Shown here in pieces: positions 6,892 through 14,074 of a stretch of DNA of 14,074 nt. Under the pieces are notes generated by a model, which had not been told where the DNA came from, did not search any database, and saw only the letters and a list, made by a program, of their open reading frames with translations. Position 1 is the first letter of the stretch; each line of letters opens with the position of its first letter. Source of the stretch: a virus. Taxonomy: Duplodnaviria > Heunggongvirae > Uroviricota > Caudoviricetes. The stretch spans positions 1-14,074 of the IMG/VR virus record IMGVR_UViG_2778261358_000016, one strand, 5' to 3'. Both the position numbers and the translations under genes were made by a program.

Positions 6892-8103
6892 ATGTGGCCT
6901 TTCAGAAGAAAAAAAGAGCAGCGCAGCATGACGCTTGATGAGTTTATGGCGCTGGCTGGCACATCGAACACGGGGGCGGGTGAGTACGTATCATCGGGGA
7001 CAGCGGAATCACTGCCCGCCGTCATGAACGCCGTCACGGTCATCTCTGAGGCGGTGGCTACCATGCCGTGTTACCTGTACCTGGTACGCAATGAGAAGGG
7101 GAAGGAGGCCCGAGAGTGGCTTGATTCTCATCCGGTCGATCACATCCTCAACGAGCGCCCGAACGCATGGCAAACCCCCTACCAGTTTAAGCGAATGATG
7201 ATTCGCCACTGCCTGTTAAACGGTAATGCTTATGCGGTGATTCAGTGGGGGCGTGATGGTTTTCCAGTCGCTTTGCATCCTTACCCGCCGCAGTCGGTGA
7301 ACGTTGAGCAGACAGGTGAGCATAACTGGCGCTACTGCATCACTGACGCCTACACCGGAAACACCCGCAACTATTTACCGTGGGAGGTTCTCCACCTTCG
7401 TTACTCCACGGATGACGGTTTTATGGGGCGCTCACCTGTAACCATCTGCCGCGAATCGCTGGGGCTTGGGCTGGCCCAACAACGCCACGGCGCGAGCGTG
7501 ATGCGTGATGGCATGATGGCGGCAGGGGTTATCACGTCAGGCGAATGGCTGGACGGCGTGAAGGGCAAACAGGCATTAGCCGCACTGGAACGCTACAAAG
7601 GGGCCAGAAACGCCGGAAAAACGCCCATCCTTGAAGGGGGTATGAGCTATCAGCAGCTGGGCATGAGTAATCAGGATGCTGAATGGCTGGCCTCCCGTCG
7701 CTTCACCATTGAAGACATCGCCCGAATGTTCAACGTCTCGCCGATTTTTTTGCAGGAATACAGCAACAGCACCTACAGCAATTTCAGCGAGGCAAGCCGC
7801 GCATTTCTCACCATGACGATGCGCCCGTGGCTGGCGAACTTTGAGCAGCAGATAAAAAACGCCCTGCTGGTGGCCTCACCTGTACCTGGTATCCGGTATC
7901 AGGTGGAGTTTGACAGCGCGGACCTGTTACGGGCCACTCCTGGCGAACGCTTTGCCACCTATGAACGCGGCATCAAATCCGGCGTTATGTGCCCGAACGA
8001 AGCCCGCGAACGTGAAGGGCTGTCCCCGCGTGATGGTGGTGATGAGTTCAGCCAGGCATGGAAACAGGAAGTAAAAATCAGCGAGGGAGAAAAACCGGAA
8101 TGA
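6892..8103 (+). CDS. Portal protein, HK97 family
   Basis: 403-aa protein with portal-like conserved blocks (NAYAVIQ, EDIARMFNVSPIFL); start overlaps protease stop. Confidence 0.8.
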   Translation: MWPFRRKKEQRSMTLDEFMALAGTSNTGAGEYVSSGTAESLPAVMNAVTVISEAVATMPCYLYLVRNEKGKEAREWLDSHPVDHILNERPNAWQTPYQFKRMMIRHCLLNGNAYAVIQWGRDGFPVALHPYPPQSVNVEQTGEHNWRYCITDAYTGNTRNYLPWEVLHLRYSTDDGFMGRSPVTICRESLGLGLAQQRHGASVMRDGMMAAGVITSGEWLDGVKGKQALAALERYKGARNAGKTPILEGGMSYQQLGMSNQDAEWLASRRFTIEDIARMFNVSPIFLQEYSNSTYSNFSEASRAFLTMTMRPWLANFEQQIKNALLVASPVPGIRYQVEFDSADLLRATPGERFATYERGIKSGVMCPNEAREREGLSPRDGGDEFSQAWKQEVKISEGEKPE

Positions 8104-8438
8104 ACATAGGGCGACTGCGTGACAGGGTAACGATTCAGACCCTGAAACAGACCAGGGATATAACCGGCGAAATACTCGAAACGTGGGTGGACGGTCACAC
8201 ACTCTGGGCAAGCGTGAACATGATCAGCAGCAAGGAGGCCATTTCATCGGGTGCAGAACTGGCGACTGGAACGGTAAGGATATGGATACGCTACAGGAAG
8301 GACATCAACGCCACCAGCCGGATAAAGGTCAATACGGGGCCGCTGGCGGGGCGTGTACTGAATATCATCGGGCAGCCGCTGCCGGATGCCGCCAGGACAC
8401 GCCTTGAAATTCTTTGTCGTGAGGGCGCGGAAAAATGA
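8100..8438 (+). CDS. Head-tail joining / head closure protein (Phage_H_T_join-like)
   Basis: About 112 aa; N-terminal GRLRDRVTIQ...TWVDGHTLWASV pattern typical of the family; ATGA overlap with portal stop; GAGGGAG RBS. Confidence 0.6.
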   Translation: MNIGRLRDRVTIQTLKQTRDITGEILETWVDGHTLWASVNMISSKEAISSGAELATGTVRIWIRYRKDINATSRIKVNTGPLAGRVLNIIGQPLPDAARTRLEILCREGAEK

Positions 8439-8731
8439 CAGAAGAACTTATCACCCTGGAAGAAGTGAAACTCCATTGCCGCATCGATGGCGACGAGGAA
8501 GACCAGTTAATCAGCGGATACATCGCCGCATCGCTTGAGGCGTGCCAGATACACATAGGCAGGCGCTTTGATGACGGGCTGGAGTTCACGCCAGCCATAA
8601 AGATTGGCTGCATGATGTTTATCGCTCACCTGTATGAAAATCGCCAGATTGTCGCGGATAACGCAAAAACACGCGTACCCATGACGATTGGTGCACTCTG
8701 GACGGCTTACCGTGATGTGGGGGTGTACTGA
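8435..8731 (+). CDS. gp6-like head-tail connector protein
   Basis: N-terminal ITLEEVKLHCRIDGDEEDQLISGYIAAS matches the characteristic LxxAKxHLRID..D.LI motif of gp6-like connectors. Confidence 0.65.
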   Translation: MTEELITLEEVKLHCRIDGDEEDQLISGYIAASLEACQIHIGRRFDDGLEFTPAIKIGCMMFIAHLYENRQIVADNAKTRVPMTIGALWTAYRDVGVY

Positions 8732-9171
8732 TGCCGTGGCAACCATTAAGACGATGCACAGAACCAGGCTGTAACAGGCGCGTGAAGTCCGGCAAGTGTG
8801 AGGAGCACAGGCGGGCGGCATGGCGTGCAGAGGATGCCAGACGAGGACACCGCCGCGCGCGTGGGTACTCCAGACAGTGGGACAAATACCGCGCCATGTA
8901 TCTGAGTAAAAACCCGTTATGCGTGCGATGCCTTGAGAAGGGGATATATACGCCCGCCGTGGTGGTGGATCACATTATCCCGATTAATGGCGGTGATGAT
9001 GTTCTCTTCTGGCCCGAATGGAACCATCAGCCATTGTGCCAGGCGTGCCATAACCAGAAAACGAAATGGCTTGATCCGGCAACAAAAAGCAAGCGTGCCG
9101 CAGGTGGATTTCGTGAAGAGGAAGAACGGGCCGCTAACCGCAATAACTGGATGTATGACGCTGATGAATGA
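8731..9171 (+). CDS. HNH endonuclease associated with the terminase (HK97 gp74-like role)
   Basis: Cys-rich zinc-binding N-terminus and HNH motif VVVDHIIPINGGDD...NHQPLCQACHNQKT; sits immediately upstream of terS/terL. Confidence 0.8.
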   Translation: MPWQPLRRCTEPGCNRRVKSGKCEEHRRAAWRAEDARRGHRRARGYSRQWDKYRAMYLSKNPLCVRCLEKGIYTPAVVVDHIIPINGGDDVLFWPEWNHQPLCQACHNQKTKWLDPATKSKRAAGGFREEEERAANRNNWMYDADE

Positions 9172-9337
9172 GCGGGAACAAAACCGCCTTATCCGTGGAC
9201 TTATAAGGCAGCGTGACGCATGGAAGACACAGGAAACAGGGCATAAAGATAAAGCGTCAGGACGCGCAGAACGCATCACAGCGAAGCGATTAACCGACCG
9301 TGACTGCGAGGTTATGGAATGTTTCCGCAATCGCTGA
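9164..9337 (+). CDS. Hypothetical small basic protein (57 aa)
   Basis: ATG overlaps HNH stop (ATGAATGA); no clear RBS; Arg/Lys-rich; could be non-coding. Confidence 0.3.
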   Translation: MNEREQNRLIRGLIRQRDAWKTQETGHKDKASGRAERITAKRLTDRDCEVMECFRNR

Positions 9338-9460
9338 TGAGGCTGTATGACGGGGTGGGGGGCGTTTTCAGGACAAACCCGACCCCGCCGGGCACCGAAC
9401 GCCTCCTCAAATTTTTATGCACGGGAATTTTTTGAAAAATAATCTGGCGAAAAAATAAGC
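9338..9460 (+). other. Putative cos region between HNH and terS
   Basis: G-rich imperfect dyad GGGGTGGGG-N17-CCCGACCCC at about 9352..9386; position matches the HNH-cos-terS-terL arrangement known from HK97-like cos phages. Confidence 0.3.
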
Positions 9461-9817
9461 ATGGCAAGACCACCGAAAGCCCCCGCCTACCTGGATGATA
9501 TCGCCGTGAAGCAGTGGCGGGAAAAATCGCGGCAGCTTGCGGAACGGGGAGACCTTACCCCCGCCGACTGGAGTAATCTGGAACTGTATTGTGTCAACTA
9601 CTCCATTTACCGGAAAGCCGTTGCAGACCTTGCGGCGCGCGGGTTCAGCATTGTTAACAGTCAGGGCGGCGAGAGCAGAAACCCCGCATTAAGCGCAAAA
9701 TCCGACGCTGAAAGAGTGATGATAAAAATGGCCTCCTTGCTCGGTTTTGACCCGATAAGCCGCCGTAAAAATCCACCGGAAACAGAAGAAGAGGACGAGC
9801 TTGACCGCCTGGAATAA
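9461..9817 (+). CDS. Terminase small subunit (P27-family-like)
   Basis: About 118 aa starting MARPPKAP, acidic C-terminus, immediately upstream of and overlapping terL. Confidence 0.65.
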   Translation: MARPPKAPAYLDDIAVKQWREKSRQLAERGDLTPADWSNLELYCVNYSIYRKAVADLAARGFSIVNSQGGESRNPALSAKSDAERVMIKMASLLGFDPISRRKNPPETEEEDELDRLE

Positions 9818-11462
9818 GTACGCAGAAGACGTAAAAACGGGCAAAATTCCGGCCTGTAAACGGCTGAAACAGGCCGTTAAACGGTACTTTTCGGACCTTG
9901 AAAGCCCCCTTTACACGTTCGATCGTGAGGTTGTGGAGCGGTTTATTGCCTTTTCCAGGGTGTGCCCGCACGTAAAAGGCGCAATGCGCGGTAGCCCCAT
10001 TGAGCTGGAGCCGTGGCAGCAGTTCGCCTTTGCGTGCATCCTCGGCTTTAAGGTTAAGGCCACCGGACGGCGCAAATACACGAGCGCCTTTATCGAAGTG
10101 CCGCGCAAAAATGCGAAATCCACGACCGCCGCGATTCTGGCTAACTGGTTTTTGATTATGGAGAACGGTCAGCAGGATATCTACACCGCAGCGGTGAGCC
10201 GTGACCAGGCGCGGATCGTCTTTGATGATGCGCGTCAGATGTGCCTTTTATCCCGACCGTTACGCAGGCGGGTGAATATTCAGGCGCATAAGGTGATACA
10301 CCCGAAAAGCAACAGCCTGTTAAAGCCGCTGGCAGCAAAAGCGGCAACCATTGAAGGTACAAACCCGAGTCTTGCCATTGTGGATGAATATCACCTGCAC
10401 CCTGACAACGGGGTTTATTCCGCGCTTGAACTGGGAATGGGGGCGCGTCCGGAGGGGCTGTTATTTGCCATCACCACATCGGGGAGCAACGTTGTTTCAG
10501 CCTGTAAACAACACTACGACTATTGCTGCCAGATACTGGATGGTGAAGAGGTGAACGAATCCATGTTCGTGCTGATTTACGAGCTGGATGATGAAAGCGA
10601 GGTTGACGATCCGGCGATGTGGATAAAGGCGAATCCCAATATCGATGTTTCCGTCGATCGTGAAAAACTGGCCTCAACCATCCAGAAAGCGCGGGGAATA
10701 CCGTCGCAGTGGGTGGAGATGATGACAAAGCGATTTAATATCTGGTGCCAGGGGGCTACCCCGTGGATGGGTAACGGCGCATGGGCTGAGTGTGCCGGAA
10801 CGTTCACGGAGGAAGATTTACACGGCCAGGAGTGTTACGCGGGGCTGGATTTATCATCAACCAGCGATATTTCCAGCGTATGCTATGCCTTTCCGGTCGG
10901 TAAAACCATTATGCTGATTTCCCGTCATTATCTGCCGGAGTTCCAGCTACAGAACCCCGCCAATAAAAACCGCGCTGTCTATCGTCAGTGGGCTAAAGCG
11001 GGCTGGATACGCACAACGCCTGGCGACTGCATTGATTACGACCGGATCAGAGATGACATCATGCAGGACGCGGAGAAATTTCATATCAGGCTGGTGGGCT
11101 TTGATACGTGGAACGCCACGCATCTCAGAACGCAATTACAGGGGGCAGGTTTTGAGGTGGAGCCGTTCCCGCAAACCTACCTCAGATTCAGTCCGGCGGC
11201 GAAATCGTTCGAAGTTTTTGTTAACCGCAGGGTGATTGTGCATCGTGGCGATCCGGTGTTGTCCTGGTCGATGAGTAACGTCGTGATGCAGAGTGACGCG
11301 AACGCCAATATCAAGCCGAACAAGAAAAAATCACCGAACAAGATAGACCCGAGCGTGGCGGCACTGATGGCGTTTGGTACATTCCAGGCAGAGCATGAGG
11401 ATTTTGCTTTTGATATAAGCGACAGCCACCGCCAGAAACTGGAAGAATTCAGCGGGGTGTAA
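9801..11462 (+). CDS. Terminase large subunit (TTG start)
   Basis: 553 aa; ATPase Walker A-like VPRKNAKST and Walker B LAIVDEYHL; nuclease-domain motif GLDLSSTSD; GAGGA RBS 5 nt before TTG at 9801, which overlaps the terS 3-prime end by 17 nt. Confidence 0.85.
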   Translation: MTAWNKYAEDVKTGKIPACKRLKQAVKRYFSDLESPLYTFDREVVERFIAFSRVCPHVKGAMRGSPIELEPWQQFAFACILGFKVKATGRRKYTSAFIEVPRKNAKSTTAAILANWFLIMENGQQDIYTAAVSRDQARIVFDDARQMCLLSRPLRRRVNIQAHKVIHPKSNSLLKPLAAKAATIEGTNPSLAIVDEYHLHPDNGVYSALELGMGARPEGLLFAITTSGSNVVSACKQHYDYCCQILDGEEVNESMFVLIYELDDESEVDDPAMWIKANPNIDVSVDREKLASTIQKARGIPSQWVEMMTKRFNIWCQGATPWMGNGAWAECAGTFTEEDLHGQECYAGLDLSSTSDISSVCYAFPVGKTIMLISRHYLPEFQLQNPANKNRAVYRQWAKAGWIRTTPGDCIDYDRIRDDIMQDAEKFHIRLVGFDTWNATHLRTQLQGAGFEVEPFPQTYLRFSPAAKSFEVFVNRRVIVHRGDPVLSWSMSNVVMQSDANANIKPNKKKSPNKIDPSVAALMAFGTFQAEHEDFAFDISDSHRQKLEEFSGV

Positions 11463-11475
11463 TGAGGTCAGCAGC

Positions 11476-11757
11476 ATGACAGAAGCCGAACTACTGGGAT
11501 TAATCCGCCGCGTATCTGGAATCAGCCAGCAGGCTGACGAACAGACCACGCAGCCGGACAGCGTGACAGCCGAAAATTATGCGCGTGTTGTTGCTGAGGT
11601 GATGTGCCGTGATGGTATCCAGCTTAATGATGTTGATATGCGCAACATACGGATCCGCGTTCTTGAAATGCTGGCCTACAATCGCCGCGTTGAACTGCAT
11701 CGGGAGAAAGAAAAAATAACGTACCACTGGAAGAAGCCGGAGCGGTTGCGGCGGTAA
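11476..11757 (+). CDS. Hypothetical protein (93 aa) downstream of terL
   Basis: ORF following terL; its stop codon lies inside the first copy of the downstream repeat box. Confidence 0.45.
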   Translation: MTEAELLGLIRRVSGISQQADEQTTQPDSVTAENYARVVAEVMCRDGIQLNDVDMRNIRIRVLEMLAYNRRVELHREKEKITYHWKKPERLRR

Positions 11758-12173
11758 CTGGTTGATATTTTCGAAATTCGCCAGCGGCGAACATCGGGGA
11801 AACCAGCCTAACCCGTTGATTCTTTCGGAAACAGCCATTGGCGGAATCCGGCGCGGTAACTTGCTGATATTCCCGATAACGCAAAATTGCGTGGCTGAAT
11901 GAACATTATGATTACTTATGATTACGCAGATGATTAAGGCCTAAACCGTTGATTCTTCCCAATTTCCACAGACTGTGGAAGTTGGCGCGGTAACTTACTG
12001 AGATTAAAGCAAAGCGCAAAATTGCGCCGACTACATCCCTCACATGCGAAATTTTCGCAGTTTAATTACTCGCCAGTTTGATCGTTAACCCGCTGATATT
12101 TTCGGGAACCTCAATTTGAGGAAGTCGGCGCGGTAACTGGTTGATACTTTCGACCTCCTCAATTTGAGGAGGT
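11748..12173 (+). repeat. Array of diverged about 133-bp tandem units, each with a Y box (TAAMCCGYTGATWYTTYC) and an X box (GGCGCGGTAACTNNNTGANAT) followed by palindromes of unit-specific sequence
   Basis: X boxes at 11748, 11848, 11982, 12125; Y boxes at 11809, 11942, 12084; palindromes TTCGCC-N3-GGCGAA, CGCAAAATTGCG (twice), TTCCACAGACTGTGGAA, CCTCAATTTGAGG (twice, once extended to 11-bp arms). Confidence 0.7.
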
Positions 12174-12613
12174 CGGGGCACAGAAAAACAACGAATATGT
12201 TGTTTTTGGGAATGGTCATAATGACCACGCAGACCATCAAGGCAACCACAACGAACATCGTTACGGTTGGAGCTTTTACCCCACTGGGGGAAAGGTATTA
12301 CGATAATCATAACACCTACCGAACAGGTAAAACCCACCAGCCTGATTAACAGTTAACCGGAAAAAAAATCCGGTAGCCCCGTTATGGGGATCCCCATATC
12401 GACATTAACGCCCCTCATGAATTGGTGCGCTTCCCCCTGGAAAGATTACCCGCCTGTATATTTCTTGTGTCTATTTGTTCCACGTTGTTTCATACAGTGC
12501 ACCGAACGGTGTAGTTAATGGTGTAGTCAATTTGCTGTTTTTAGCACTTTTTGCAGTGTGGGTTGTTTAATTAAATCAATTGGTTGCCTTGCTGTGGTGA
12601 TAAAAGGACATAT

Positions 12614-14074
12614 TTATTCATCTTTCGGCGCAGAATGCTGGCGACCAAAAATCACCTCCATCCGCGCACCGCCCAGCATGCTCTCTCCGGCGACGATTTT
12701 ACCCTCATATTGCTCGGTGATTTCGCGGGCTACCGCCAGCCCTACACCTTGCCCAGGGCGTAAAGTATCAACCCGTTGACCACGGTCGAAAATGACCTCT
12801 CGCTTGCTTAATGGAATACCGGGGCCATCATCCTCGACCACAATATAGAGATGCTCGTCGGTTTGCCTTGCAGAAATTTCGACAAACTCGAGGCAATATT
12901 TACAGGCATTATCCAGCACGTTGCCCATCACCTCGACAAAATCGTTCTGCTCACCGACAAAGCTGATCTCTGGCGAAATATCGAGAGAGATATTGACCCC
13001 TTTGCGTTGATACACTTTGTTCAGCGCTGAGGTGAGATTGTCCAGCAGTGGGGCGACCGGATGCAGCTCGCGGCTGAGCAATGTCCCGCCGCGCATACTG
13101 GCACGATGCAGGTAGTAGCCAATTTGCTGTGAAATGCGGCTGATTTGCTCCAGCATTACCGGCTCAGCATCACTGACGCTCATCTTTTCACTACGCAGAG
13201 AACGCAGCGTACTTTGCAGCACCGCCAGTGGCGTTTTCAGACTATGGGTCAGGTCGGTGAGCGTCGTACGGTATTTGTCGTAACGTTCGCGTTCACTTTT
13301 TAACAATCGGTTCAGGTTTCGTACCAGACTGGTCAGTTCTCGCGTTGTGGCTGGATTGAGCAATTCGCGGTTATGTTCTTCCAGTTCGCGGACTTCTTTT
13401 GCCAGGGCTTCGATGGGGCGTAAACTCCACCAGGCGGCGACCCACAGCAGCGGGATCACTAACAGCAGATTGGCTGAGAGCACATAGATAAACCAGCTCC
13501 AGACCATATAGGAACTTTTTAGCTCCACCGGAATGGTATCCACCACCACAATGGTTAATTTTGGCATCCGCGATGTTGCCGGGTAGACGTTTACTGCCAC
13601 CGAGTGGGTCATCTCCGCGTCGTCATCATCTTCCCGCACTTCCTGCAACTGTTGCTGTATCGAATGATCTCCACTCAGCAAGAGGCTGGTATCGTTAACA
13701 TCCGCTTCAATTTCATGAAAACCATTCGATTTCAGCCAGTCAGGCTGGATCATCTTCATCAGCCAGGGCACGTCACGTTGCGCCCATAAAAGCTGCCCGT
13801 TCTCATCATAAATTAGCGTCATGGTGGGGCTTTGCTTGTCGATATTTTCGGGTAACTCGACATGCAACTTATTGTTTTCCCACTTCGCAAGGGTATAGAA
13901 CAGATTGCTCTCGCCACGTAACAGCCGAAACGTAGTTTTATCGAAACTGACGCTATAACCGATCAGCGCGACCATTCCGTAGGCAAGCGAAAGCACCAGT
14001 ACTACCGCAGCCGTTGCCAACAGAAAACGTACCCGCAGTGAGAGCGGGAAAAAAAGACGCAGTAATTTTTTCAT
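12614..14074 (-). CDS. phoQ: Sensor histidine kinase PhoQ (complete, 486 aa)
   Basis: Translation shows two transmembrane segments, an acidic periplasmic patch (EDDDDAE), the H-box ([12 protein letters not shown]) and ATP-binding G-boxes; C-terminus [11 protein letters not shown] as in enterobacterial PhoQ. Confidence 0.95.
   Translation of the reverse strand: MKKLLRLFFPLSLRVRFLLATAAVVLVLSLAYGMVALIGYSVSFDKTTFRLLRGESNLFYTLAKWENNKLHVELPENIDKQSPTMTLIYDENGQLLWAQRDVPWLMKMIQPDWLKSNGFHEIEADVNDTSLLLSGDHSIQQQLQEVREDDDDAEMTHSVAVNVYPATSRMPKLTIVVVDTIPVELKSSYMVWSWFIYVLSANLLLVIPLLWVAAWWSLRPIEALAKEVRELEEHNRELLNPATTRELTSLVRNLNRLLKSERERYDKYRTTLTDLTHSLKTPLAVLQSTLRSLRSEKMSVSDAEPVMLEQISRISQQIGYYLHRASMRGGTLLSRELHPVAPLLDNLTSALNKVYQRKGVNISLDISPEISFVGEQNDFVEVMGNVLDNACKYCLEFVEISARQTDEHLYIVVEDDGPGIPLSKREVIFDRGQRVDTLRPGQGVGLAVAREITEQYEGKIVAGESMLGGARMEVIFGRQHSAPKDE

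Larger units (their letters stand above)
1..12600 (+). mobile_element. Partial phage-satellite island (capsid-forming PICI-like): regulation, replication and head/packaging modules, no tail or lysis genes; left end outside window, right boundary somewhere in 12180..12613
   Basis: Gene content read from translations: RepA-like helicase + iterons + SSB, then HK97-type capsid, protease, portal, two connectors, HNH, terS, terL; no tail, holin or endolysin ORF; flanked on the right by chromosomal phoQ. Integrase not seen in window. Confidence 0.6.

Noticed and set aside
11748-12173. Possible CRISPR array
   Set aside because: Conserved boxes are short (about 20 to 28 nt), spacing is irregular (about 40 to 100 bp), the spacers are themselves palindromic and related to one another, and there are no cas genes or leader in the window.
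11748-12173. Possible integron attC sites or REP/BIME elements
   Set aside because: No cassette ORFs between units and no intI; the boxes do not match REP consensus sequences as I recall them. The units resemble neither family beyond being palindromic.
12164-12349. ORF of 61 aa (plus) and overlapping 91-aa ORF (minus, 12062..12337) between the repeats and phoQ
   Set aside because: No convincing RBS; the ORFs overlap the palindromic repeat region and each other; the Thr-rich stretch (MTTQTIKATTTNIV) is suggestive of a leader peptide but there is no downstream biosynthetic operon.
1-12600. Complete or defective temperate prophage
   Set aside because: No tail, tape-measure, baseplate, holin or endolysin genes between terL and the chromosomal phoQ or between the replication and head modules; the compact size and Rep/iteron layout fit a satellite better. 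Genes to the left of the window remain unseen.
12340-12613. tRNA or tmRNA gene as integration target at the junction
   Set aside because: No cloverleaf-compatible sequence or GTTCGAATC-type T-arm with CCA end is visible; the palindromes present do not fit tRNA geometry.

Overview
The window is almost entirely a mobile island lying immediately downstream (3-prime side) of an Escherichia/Shigella-type phoQ (12614..14074, minus strand, complete). All island genes but one are on the + strand and tightly packed, many with ATGA/TGATG stop-start overlaps. From left to right: a divergent regulatory region with a consensus sigma70 promoter and two operator-like dyads; six small genes of unknown function, including a paralogous pair and a low-GC two-gene cassette; a RepA-like (AAA_25) helicase followed by a 13-bp iteron array (candidate ori); an SSB homolog; then a head and packaging module with no tail or lysis genes: HK97-type major capsid (interrupted by one in-frame TAG), prohead protease, portal, two head-tail connector proteins, HNH endonuclease, terS (P27 family) and terL. 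This tail-less architecture matches a phage satellite of the capsid-forming PICI type rather than a prophage. No integrase, tRNA or CRISPR array is present in the window, so the island boundaries cannot be placed. The most unexplained element is a roughly 430-bp array of diverged about 133-bp tandem repeats between terL and phoQ, with conserved boxes and palindromes that differ in sequence but keep their position. All family assignments rest on motifs read by eye from the translations; no database search was run.
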